Assembly: GCA_963802945.1 (NCBI GenBank)
Contig: CAWDKY010000015.1
Location: forward strand, 1-64,000
Source of the DNA: an uncultured delta proteobacterium
Lineage (GTDB): Bacteria; Desulfobacterota; RBG-13-43-22
Direction: 5' to 3'
DNA length: 64,000 nt
The notes under the pieces were generated by a model. It was given only the letters and a program-made list of their open reading frames with translations. It searched no databases and was not told the DNA's origin. The translations under genes were made by a program, and so were the position numbers. Position 1 is the first letter of the stretch. Each line of letters begins with the position of its first letter. Shown here in pieces: positions 41,601 through 50,854 of the stretch.

Positions 41601-41689
41601 CCAAGTGTCCAACAGGGGCTATAACACTGGCGCACTTTACTGATGAAGAGTTCCTGAGCCAAATTGATGCGGCGGTTCCGGAGGGATAG
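38604..41689 (+). CDS. bamE: HdrA-like electron-bifurcating flavoprotein (BamE-like); selenoprotein with apparent frameshifts near 38650 and 39587
   Basis: [15 protein letters not shown]...[21 protein letters not shown](38818-38820)-ILAPKL, in frame with ORF 39079; [30 protein letters not shown]-terminal ferredoxin motifs. Confidence 0.82.
38836..38853 (+). promoter_or_regulatory. Putative bacterial SECIS hairpin of the HdrA-like gene
   Basis: CTGGTCGA-GG-TCGGCCGG stem-loop about 15 nt downstream of the in-frame UGA. Confidence 0.6.
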
Positions 41690-41737
41690 AATCATGGAAT
41701 CGCTACGAGTTCATTTCGAGCGGCTAGCCACGAGTCT

Positions 41738-41801
41738 GTCATTCCGGCGAAAGCCGGAATCCAGAGAAACAAACTGGATGCCGGATCAGGTCCGGCATGA
41801 C
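41738..41801. repeat. Palindromic repeat, copy 3
   Basis: GTCATTCCGGCGAAAGCCGGAATCCAG...CTGGATGCCGGATCAGGTCCGGCATGAC. Confidence 0.75.
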
Positions 41802-41874
41802 GAATAATAGCCCGCTGTTTTCAGCTGGGGAGTTTAATAAAGATGTGATTATGAGGGAAGGGAGGTGAGAAAGC

Positions 41875-42710
41875 ATGAATACAGGACTTAAATTTAAACC
41901 AAGAATATTAGGCTTTGTATGCCACTGGTGAGCCTACGGTGCTGCTGACCTGGCTGGAGTTTCCAGACTGCAATATACAACTGAAATCAGGCTTATTCGT
42001 GTCATGTGTTCCGGTAGAGTCGACCTGTCATTTGTACTCCGTGCTTTCTCAAATGGAATGGATGGGGTGTTTATTGGTGGCTGCAGGCTTAATGAATGTA
42101 ATTATATCACCCATGGAAATTACCATGCACTAAACATGGTGCTTCTGAGCAAAAAATTATTGGAACACCTGGGGCTGAACCCGGAAAGATTAAGGATCGC
42201 ATTTATGTCTTCCGGTGAAGGGCTCCTTTTTGCCGAAGTTGTAAATGATTTTAGCAAGAAGGTAAAAGAATTAGGACCGCTCGGCCAAGGTGAAGGCCTA
42301 GACAAAGAAAAATTAAAGTCCAGACTTAAAGAAGTTACCAGGCTGGTCCCCTACATTAAGATGGTGAAAAATGAGAAGCTGGGGACACCTCTTCAGAATA
42401 TGGAAGAATATGACAAACTTTTCACCATGGATGAGATAGACAGTTTATTCCGTGAAGTGCCTTCATATTATATTGATCCTGAAAAGTGCCAGGCCTGTAT
42501 GATTTGCCTTAGGAAATGCCCTGTGGAGGCGATTGAAGGCGAAAAGAACCAGGTCCATGTCATTGACCAAGAGAAATGCATAAAATGCGGAACTTGCCTT
42601 GAAGCCTGCCCCCACGATTTGGTGCGTTGCAGAAGATTTCCGGACAGCCTGTCCCACCTCCTATTCCTAAAGAAAAAAGAATGATAGTCAGAAAGAGCAA
42701 AGAAAAATGA
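41875..42710 (+). CDS. bamF: MvhD/FlpD-like selenoprotein with C-terminal 2[4Fe-4S] domain (BamF-like); probable frameshift near 42612
   Basis: GGAGGTG RBS, ATG 41875, MNTGLKFKPRILGFVCHW-UGA(41929-41931)-AYGAADLAG...RVMCSGRVD...GCRLNECNY in frame; CQACMICLRKCP, CIKCGTCLEACP. Confidence 0.8.
41953..41979 (+). promoter_or_regulatory. Putative SECIS hairpin of the MvhD-like gene
   Basis: CTGGA-GTT-TCCAG stem-loop about 22 nt downstream of the UGA. Confidence 0.55.
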
Positions 42711-42895
42711 GATCATGAGGTTCTTCTGCTTCCCGGTCCCCCCACACCATACATTTTAATCCCCCACTTCATGGAATTTTAACCACCCTTTAATATTGAC
42801 TTTTCTTGAATTTTTCTGTACTTTCAGATTCGAAATCAGGTTTCTTAAAGCTGCCAAACCCAAACTCGGAAGGCTGGTTTATGAAGCAACCCACC

Positions 42896-42933
42896 AAGAC
42901 CCCATTTTTTGAAAAACGAGATGGGGTTTTTGT
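42896..42933 (+). terminator. Rho-independent terminator-like hairpin upstream of the helicase gene
   Basis: AAGACCCCAT...ATGGGGTTTTTGTT. Confidence 0.6.
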
Positions 42934-43004
42934 TCTAATGTGTATGATAAAAAGATGAATATGTAAGAGATTGAAATTGAATCCATCAAAACAAGGAAAT
43001 TAGA

Positions 43005-46000
43005 ATGCCCCGCATATTTGATAACATCGACCAATTGCTCCTCCCTGCTCTGCGGCAGACATTAGAAATCACCGACCGTTCTGACTTCTGTGTCGGCTAT
43101 TTTAACCTACGGGGTTGGAAGGCTATTGACGGCCTTGTCGAACAATGGCCGGGGGGGACAGGCCACCAATGTCGCCTTCTGGTAGGAATGCAACGTTTAC
43201 CAAAAGACGACCTGCGCCAAGCCTACAGCCTGCTGCCTAGAGAGGAACAGCTCAGTAACCAGTATGTGATTCGGCTCAAGCGCACTCTGGCCAAGGAATT
43301 TACCGATCAGCTCACTTTTGGTGCACCCACCGATGAAGATGAGGTCGGCTTGCGCCGATTGGCCTCACAATTGAGGGCGGGCAAAGTGGTTGTCAAGCTT
43401 TTCCTTCGCCATCCGCTTCATGCTAAACTTTATCTATGTTTTCGCTCTGACCCGATCAATCCCATTGTGGGTTATCTGGGTTCAAGTAACTTGACCCTTG
43501 CCGGACTTTCCCATCAAGGTGAACTCAATGTGGACGTCCTTGATCATGACGCTGCTCAAAAGCTTACAGCTTGGTTTGAGGATCGATGGAATGACCATTG
43601 GTGTGTGGACATCACCAAGGAACTTATCCAGGTCATTGAAGAAAGCTGGGCTCGACCTGATTCTCCGCCTCCCTACTGGATCTATATCAAGATGGCCTAT
43701 CATCTGGCCGAAGAGGCACGGGCCGGGCTTTCGGAGTTCACTATTCCTCCAGATTTGCGTGGCACATTGTTGGAGTTCCAGTCCGCTGCCGTCCGCATTG
43801 CCGCACGGCATTTGGAAAAACGAGGCGGGGTCATTCTCGGGGACGTAGTCGGCCTTGGAAAGACTCTGATGGCCACCGCGCTCGCGCGGGTTTTTCAAGA
43901 TCCACCTCATTCGCTCGAATCACTTATTGTCTGTCCTAAGAACCTGGTCAGCATGTGAGAAGATTATGCCCACCGCTACCAACTGATTGCCAAAGTCGTC
44001 TCCATCGCTCAAACCCAGTCCGTTCTGCCTGAGCTACGCCGCTACCGCATTGTCATTATTGATGAAAGCCACAACCTCCGAAACCGTGAAGGCCGTCGTT
44101 GGGCGGTCATCCGCGACTATATCTCCCGCAACACCAGTCGCTGCATTCTGATTTCGGCAACACCCTATAATAAGGCCTATTTAGATCTGGCCAATCAACT
44201 CCGCCTCTTTCTCAATCCGGAAGACAACGTCGGTATCAGGCCGGAAGAATACCTGCGCCGCGATTGCGACGGCCGAATTGACGAGTTCACCCGTCGGCAT
44301 CAGTGCCCGGTAAACGCCCTTGCCGCCTTCGAGAAAAGTGAGCACGCCGACGACTGGCGCGAACTGATGCGCCTCTTCATGGTCCGACGCACCCGCAGTT
44401 TTGTGGAACGCAACTATGCTTACACCGAGTGTCCCGATTGTACTACCGTGTTGCCGGCCATGCAGGATAGATGCCCGCAATGCGGCCGCGGCAAACAGTC
44501 TGCGGACCGTCGTTTTCTTATCCTTGAAGGCGGTACCCGTTTTTATTTTCCTAAGCGCCAACCAAAAACACTGACCTTCCCCATCCGGGATAACGATCCG
44601 GAGGACCAATATGCCAGGCTCTACTCCGATTCGGTGGTGGACATTATCCGGCAGCTTCACTTGCCTCGTTATGGGCTGGCCAACTACTTGAAGCCCACGC
44701 CGGATCAACCTCCGACATCCAATGAGGCCGAGGTCATGAAGAATCTTTCACGGGCTGGAAAACGGCTTATCGGGTTTTGCCGGACAAATCTCTTTAAAAG
44801 GCTGGAAAGCGGGGGCTATGCTTTTTTACTTTCCATCCGGCGCCACATCCTTCGTAATTTTATTTATCTCCATGCCCTGGAAAACGGTTTGCCGTTGCCA
44901 ATCGGCACTCAGGATTCGATCTTGTTTGACACTCGCACCGATGATGCCGACCACGATTCCCAGACCATCGGTAGGCTTTTTGAGGACGAAAATGAAGAGG
45001 CCAATTCCACATCCGGTACTCAGGCCAAAAGTCTCGAAGATTTTGCTAAGGAAGCCGCCAATGCCTACCAATTCCTCAGCCGGACCCAGGGGCGTTTGTT
45101 CGATTGGCTCCGTCCTGACTTGTTTATTAATGATTTGGCCAGAAACCTCCGGCAGGACGCCGAATCCCTCTTCACCATTCTTCAAATTGCCGGAGAATGG
45201 TTGCCCGACAAGGACCAAAAACTTATAGAGCTACAGAAGCTCATTACTAAAAACCATCCAGAGCAGAAGGTATTGGTTTTTTCTCAATTTGCCGACACGG
45301 TCCGATATCTGAACGAACAATTGCATGATCGCGGCATAAAACAACTCGCCGGTGTCACCGGAGATACCGAAGACCCTTCCGGCTTCGCTCGCCGTTTCAG
45401 TCCCGAGAGCAACCAGGCCGGGGAAAAGGTCTCCCCATCTCATGAACTCCGGGTTCTTATCGCCACCGACGTCCTCAGTGAAGGCCAGAACCTGCAGGAT
45501 GGGGCAATTGTTGTCAACTACGATCTCCCCTGGGCCATTATTCGCCTTATTCAGCGCGCCGGTCGTGTGGACCGGATCGGCCAGAAGGCCGAGCAGATAC
45601 TTTGTTATTCTTTTATGCCTGCTGACGGCGTCGAGAGGATCATTCGTTTGCGCTCACGCGTACGCCGGCGTCTGCAGGAAAACGCCGAAGTGGTCGGCAC
45701 CGATGAAACTTTCTTCGAGGATGAACATCATGACGATCTAATCCACGACCTTTTTACCGAGAAATCTGGGATACTCGACGACATCGAGGATGACGAAGTG
45801 GACCTGGCCTCTTTCGCTTATCAAATCTGGAGGAATGCCATAGACGCGGATCCTTCGCTCAAGAAAAGCATTCCCGATCTGCCTAATGTCGTCTTTTCAA
45901 CCAAATCCTGGTCAGCCACCACAACAAGATTTATCGCTATGCCTGGGGCCTCACCTCCATCCGGTGTCATGGTCTATGTACGCACGGCAGATGGTAACGA

Positions 46001-46484
46001 TGCATTGGCCTGGGTGGATGAGGAAGGCCGTATTGTCACGGAATCCCAACATGAGATCCTGCGGGCTGCCGCTTGTGAACCCTCCACTCCGGCGTTATCC
46101 CGTCTGGACAAGCATCACACGCTTGTTCGAAAGGCTGTGATGGGCATCCAAACCGAACAAGCAGCCACCGGTGGCCAACTTGGGCGACCCTCCAGCGCTC
46201 GACGTCGTGTTTATGAAAAACTCAAGGACTACGCGGAGCAGGTAAAGGACACTCTCTTTGATATCAGGGAGCTGCATCTGGCCATAGATGCCATCTATGA
46301 CCAGCCCCTTACCGAGACTGCCCGGGACCTGCTTAACCGGGAACTGCGCTCCGGTATTAGCAATGAAAAGCTTGTCGAACTCGTCTTAAGGCTCTTTGAA
46401 GAAGACCGGCTCTGCATCCCCAAGCATGATGTCGAGACCCGCGAACCTCAGATTATTTGTTCTCTTGGAATACGGGAGGGATAA
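43005..46484 (+). CDS. PLD-nuclease/SNF2-type helicase, interrupted by a single in-frame TGA (43956-43958)
   Basis: LHAKLY...GSSNLT..GL...GELN (HKD-type PLD), GDVVGLGKT, then in the same frame IIDESHNLRN, SATP, FSQFADT, SEGQNLQ, QRAGRVDRIG. No other stop between 43959 and 44367. Confidence 0.85.
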
Positions 46485-46487
46485 CCT

Positions 46488-49400
46488 GTGCCCTTCGACT
46501 TCTCCCAAGCCCGATCATTTCTCCAAACCGACAATCTTTCCATGCTTTTTGTAGAGGGACTCGGCTGGGAACCCTGTCGCCAAAAACTTTCGCTTAGTTC
46601 CGGTAACCACGACTACACCTTTTCGGCCATTGCCGAGAAAAAAGGGTTTACCGCCTGGTTGTGTGAAAGTCCCGATGGCCGTCTGCCTGACCACGCTACA
46701 AGAATCAAGCTTGATCGTATTCTAGCCCAGACCAGTTTCGAACACCTTATCATCTTCGTTACCGGCGATCACTCCCGCCAATCCTGGATGTGGGTACGTC
46801 GCCAGCCGGGACGACCCTTGAGCGCCCGCACCCATGAATACACCAGAGGCCAACCGGGAGATTCTTTGCTTCAAAAGCTTCAGATTCTTTTTGTTTCCCT
46901 GGAGGAAGAAGAAGTCGGGATATCGGTAACCCAAATTGCCGGTCGTGTCCGGATTGCCTTTGATGTCGAGCGGGTTACCAAGAAGTTCTATAAAGAATTC
47001 GATTCCCAACGAAAAGCCTTCCTTAAGTTCATCGAGGGCATCGGGGAAGTAACTGATCGCGAATGGTATGCCTCGGTTATGCTCAACCGGCTGATGTTCG
47101 TTTATTTCATCCAGCGAAAAGGCTTCTTGGACGGTGACCCCCAATATCTGCGGAACCGTCTTAAGAGGATGCAGACCGAATACGGCCGGGATAAATTCTA
47201 TTCCTTTTACCGTTACTTTCTGCTCCGACTTTTTTACGAAGGGTTGGGCGGAAAGAAGCGTGCCCCTGATTTGGAAAAACTCCTTGGCCGCATCCCCTAC
47301 CTGAACGGCGGCATGTTCGACGTCCACGAGATGGAAAAGCCCGAGCGTTACGGTAAGGAAATTCAAATTCCTGACCAGGCCTTTGAAAAAATCTTTGACT
47401 ACTTTGATCAATACCAGTGGCACCTGGACGAGCGCCCATTGCGTGCCGACAATGAGATCAATCCCGATGTTCTCGGATATATCTTTGAGAAATACATCAA
47501 CCAGAAACAGATGGGGGCTTATTACACCAAGGAAGACATAACCGAATACATTAGCAAGAATACCGTAATCCCATTTTTGTTTGACTCCGCCCACAAGGAA
47601 TGTAAAGTGGCCTTTGAAAACCCTAACGGGCCGACGGTCTGGGATCTGCTTCAGGAGAACCCCGATCGATATATCTATCCGGCTGTACGCCACGGTGCAG
47701 ACAAACCGCTTCCGCTGGAAATAGCCGAAGGCCTGGACGCCTCCAAACCGAATCTTATTGACCGCCGCAAAGTGTGGAACAGACCCGCTCCAGGCGAATA
47801 CGGTTTACCCACCGAAATATGGCGGGAGGTCGTAGCCCGAAGGCAACGCTATGAAGAAGTACGGGAAAAACTGGTCTCCGGTGAAGTTCACGATATCAAC
47901 GATTTTATCACTCTAAACCTGGATATTCGCCAATTCGCCCAGGATGTGATCGAAAATTGTGAAGGGCCGGAACTGCTCCGGGCCTTCTGGCATTCAATTG
48001 AGAAGGTGACGATTCTCGACCCAACATGCGGGTCCGGCGCATTCCTGTTCGCCGCACTCAATATCCTTGAACCGCTTTACGAAGCCTGCCTCGACCGCAT
48101 GGAATCTTTCGTTGCCGACCTCCTCCATTCCGGCCTGAAGCACCGGCCGGAAAAATTTTCCGACTTCCGCAAAGTGCTGGAGCGCGTGGCCGGACATCCT
48201 AATCGCCAATATTTTATTTTTAAGAACATCATCCTCAACAATCTTTTTGGTGTGGATATTATAGAAGAAGCCGTGGAGATCTGCCAACTGCGTCTTTTCC
48301 TCAAACTGGCTGCGCAGGTTGAACCAGACCCCACCAAAGAGAATCTTGGCATAGAGCCATTACCGGATATCGATTTTAATATCCGGGCCGGAAATACTCT
48401 TGTAGGGTACGCCACACTGGAAGAGGTTAAGAAATCCATGGAAGGCGACTGGGTAAAGAAGCTGGAATTGCCCCGAATTCAGGAACAAGCCGAGGACACC
48501 GACCGGGCTTTCCAACTATTCCGAAAAATGCAGACGGAACAAGGTATGAACGCCAAGGAGTTCGTGGAGGCCAAGCAGGATTTGCGGGAGTGGCTAAAGA
48601 CTCTGGAGGATGAACTTAATCGTTATCTTGCAAAAGAATATGGGGTGGATTTCAAAAAGAAAGTTGACTATTCCAAGTGGGTAAATTCCCACCAGCCTTT
48701 TCATTGGTTCGTAGAGTTCTATGGGATTGTGCAAAACGGCGGTTTCGATGTTATTATCGGTAATCCCCCGTATGTGGAATACAGTAAAGTCAGAGGTACA
48801 TATTCTGTTTCTAACTACGAGACTGAGGAGTCGGCCAATCTCTATGCGTTTATTTCAGAACGCAGTCTAACCCTTATCAATAAACGTGGAAGTTTTGGGT
48901 TCATTGTTCCGATTAGTGTTGTTTGTACAAAACGGATGAGGACTCTCCAAGACCACATTTCTTCTATCGCATACTCGGCTTGGTTAAGTAATTACGCCGA
49001 ACGGCCAAGCAAGCTTTTCGTAGGTGCTGAAGTTTTGTTGACGATTGTGTTGGCTCGAACCAGGAGCCAAGAGCAATGTAAACTGTTTACAACCGGCTTC
49101 ACAAAATGGGCAACTGATGAGCGACCAGTGTTGTTCGAGCGGGTGTCTTACTCTTACGTCGAGACAAAATTAAAGGCATACGTTATCCCAAAATTCATGG
49201 ATGTGCTTGAACGATCAATCCTTATAAAGATGGTTTCAAACGGGGGTATACTCGGAAGACACTTACTGAGGACATCAAATCACCGCGTGTTCTACCGAAT
49301 TGGCGGTGGCAGATATTGGAAAATCTTCACAAACTTTCAGCCGAAATTTATTCTTAATAGCAACCCATCGATTTCCAGCCGAGAGAATTATCTTTACTTA

Positions 49401-49814
49401 ACTTCTGAGAAATTCCGGGATGCTGCCATTTCCCTATTGAGTAGTTCACTTTTTTACTGGTATTTTATTTTGACAACGAACTGCCGTGACTTGAACCCGA
49501 GCGATCTTAACGAATTCCCTATTAACTTAGACTCGTTTACCCGCAACAACTTGGAAGAGCTTGTGCTCTGTTGCCATAATCTCATAGAGGATTACGTAGA
49601 GAAGAGCGTAATGAAGGAGAAAACTTCTCAACTTACTGGAAATATCATTTATCAAGAATTCTATCCACGTTTCTCTAAGCCCATCATCGACTTAATAGAC
49701 CAGGTCCTAGCGCGGCACTATGGCTTTACCGAGGAGGAACTGGACTTCATCATCAACTACGACATCAAATACCGCATGGGTCGGGAGGCTGGGCAAGAGG
49801 AGGGAGATGAATAA
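46488..49814 (+). CDS. Type IIG/Eco57I-like N6-adenine DNA methyltransferase with C-terminal target-recognition region
   Basis: RLMFVYFIQRKGFL, IPYLNGGMF, LGYIFE, GAYYT, LDPTCGSGAF, FDVIIGNPPY. Confidence 0.88.
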   Translation: MPFDFSQARSFLQTDNLSMLFVEGLGWEPCRQKLSLSSGNHDYTFSAIAEKKGFTAWLCESPDGRLPDHATRIKLDRILAQTSFEHLIIFVTGDHSRQSWMWVRRQPGRPLSARTHEYTRGQPGDSLLQKLQILFVSLEEEEVGISVTQIAGRVRIAFDVERVTKKFYKEFDSQRKAFLKFIEGIGEVTDREWYASVMLNRLMFVYFIQRKGFLDGDPQYLRNRLKRMQTEYGRDKFYSFYRYFLLRLFYEGLGGKKRAPDLEKLLGRIPYLNGGMFDVHEMEKPERYGKEIQIPDQAFEKIFDYFDQYQWHLDERPLRADNEINPDVLGYIFEKYINQKQMGAYYTKEDITEYISKNTVIPFLFDSAHKECKVAFENPNGPTVWDLLQENPDRYIYPAVRHGADKPLPLEIAEGLDASKPNLIDRRKVWNRPAPGEYGLPTEIWREVVARRQRYEEVREKLVSGEVHDINDFITLNLDIRQFAQDVIENCEGPELLRAFWHSIEKVTILDPTCGSGAFLFAALNILEPLYEACLDRMESFVADLLHSGLKHRPEKFSDFRKVLERVAGHPNRQYFIFKNIILNNLFGVDIIEEAVEICQLRLFLKLAAQVEPDPTKENLGIEPLPDIDFNIRAGNTLVGYATLEEVKKSMEGDWVKKLELPRIQEQAEDTDRAFQLFRKMQTEQGMNAKEFVEAKQDLREWLKTLEDELNRYLAKEYGVDFKKKVDYSKWVNSHQPFHWFVEFYGIVQNGGFDVIIGNPPYVEYSKVRGTYSVSNYETEESANLYAFISERSLTLINKRGSFGFIVPISVVCTKRMRTLQDHISSIAYSAWLSNYAERPSKLFVGAEVLLTIVLARTRSQEQCKLFTTGFTKWATDERPVLFERVSYSYVETKLKAYVIPKFMDVLERSILIKMVSNGGILGRHLLRTSNHRVFYRIGGGRYWKIFTNFQPKFILNSNPSISSRENYLYLTSEKFRDAAISLLSSSLFYWYFILTTNCRDLNPSDLNEFPINLDSFTRNNLEELVLCCHNLIEDYVEKSVMKEKTSQLTGNIIYQEFYPRFSKPIIDLIDQVLARHYGFTEEELDFIINYDIKYRMGREAGQEEGDE

Positions 49815-49905
49815 GCTGCGGTTTCTCACCAGATAAGATTGATGGATTTGCAATAAGTCGTCATTCAGAGGAAAACCGGGAGTCAAAAAAAAGGCAAAAC
49901 AACAA

Positions 49906-50556
49906 ATGATTATCTACCTGGATGAATCAGGGGACTTGGGCTTTGATTTCGATAAACCCCGAACCTCGAAAAAATTTGTTATAACACTGCTTATCAGTGA
50001 CAACCCCAAAGCAAGTGACGGATTCAGAAAGGCCGTCCGTCGTACCCTAAAAAACAAAATAAACCGGAAGAGGGGTAAAATATTTTGTCAAGAGTTGAAA
50101 GGGACGGGAACAAATCAAAAAATTAAAGAATATTTTTACCGTAATCTTCCGCTCTCAGGGTGGAGTATTTATTGTATTATCCTCAACAAAAAACGCGTTT
50201 ATGATAGGCTGCAAACGAGACCGGGCAAAAAGAAGCTTTATAATTTTTTAGCTCGTTTTATATTGGAAAAAGTAGATTTGAGTAACCCGGGTTCTGCAGT
50301 TAACCTAGTCATTGACCGATCTAAGAATAATGAAGAGATACGAGATTTTAATCAATATGTCGCCAACCACCTGGAAGGGTTATTGCCTTTAAAGATTCCT
50401 CTTTATATTACCCATGAATCTTCACATAGTAATCCAGGGTTGCAGGCGGTCGACCTTTTCTGTTGGGGGTTATATCGAAAATATGAATGGAATGACCGAG
50501 GATGGTATAAGGTATTCAGAAAAAAGATTGCTTTTGAAGACGAGTACCTAAAATAA
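49906..50556 (+). CDS. DUF3800 domain protein
   Basis: N-terminal YLDESGD, ELKG, LVID, C-terminal GLQAVD (QxxD), which are DUF3800 hallmarks. Confidence 0.82.
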   Translation: MIIYLDESGDLGFDFDKPRTSKKFVITLLISDNPKASDGFRKAVRRTLKNKINRKRGKIFCQELKGTGTNQKIKEYFYRNLPLSGWSIYCIILNKKRVYDRLQTRPGKKKLYNFLARFILEKVDLSNPGSAVNLVIDRSKNNEEIRDFNQYVANHLEGLLPLKIPLYITHESSHSNPGLQAVDLFCWGLYRKYEWNDRGWYKVFRKKIAFEDEYLK

Positions 50557-50650
50557 AAAAGACGGTCCCTGATATGTCTATTATCCCAGGGCTCTTATCC
50601 AACCTATGGGAGGAAGCACCCTGAGCACATACCAGGATTTACCCGTCTTG
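50555..50650 (-). ncRNA. Putative structured small RNA 1, convergent with DUF3800
   Basis: Minus strand: TTGACA (50685-50680), 17 bp, TAAAGT (50662-50657). Nested stems AAGACGG/CCGUCUU, UCCUGGUAUGU/ACAUAUCAGGG, CAGGG/CCCUG; ends in a U6 tract. Confidence 0.7.
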
Positions 50651-50712
50651 GTAAAAACTTTAACTTTATGTTTGACGATTGTCAAGTAAATTAAAAGGAC
50701 AAAATAGATAGT

Positions 50713-50802
50713 AAAAAATGCAGGTCCCGGGACTCAGGATCCCACCCGCTTGGGGCTGCCGGCCTTTCGACCGACCTGAGTTAACTCCCGCGCATACCTG
50801 CG
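50713..50802 (-). ncRNA. Putative structured small RNA 2
   Basis: Minus strand: TTGACT (50835-50830), 16 bp, TATTCT (50813-50808). Stems GCAGGU/ACCUGC, CGGGA/UCCCG, CUCAGG/CCUGAG and UCGGUC-GAAA-GGCCGG; ends in a U6 tract. Confidence 0.68.
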
Positions 50803-50854
50803 ATTACAGAATATTACTATTTCGGGGAAAGTCAACACTTTTTGGGAAAAATAG

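Noticed and set aside
43956-43958. Helicase TGA as selenocysteine
   Set aside because: The position corresponds to an expected Trp rather than Cys, and no SECIS-like hairpin is evident downstream.
46722-47693. Long antisense ORF (323 aa), and similar shadow ORFs opposite other genes
   Set aside because: They lie entirely antisense to well-supported genes and show no protein motifs.
43005-49814. Complete DISARM or BREX system
   Set aside because: No DrmA/DrmB (DUF1998), PglZ or BrxC-like genes are present in the window.
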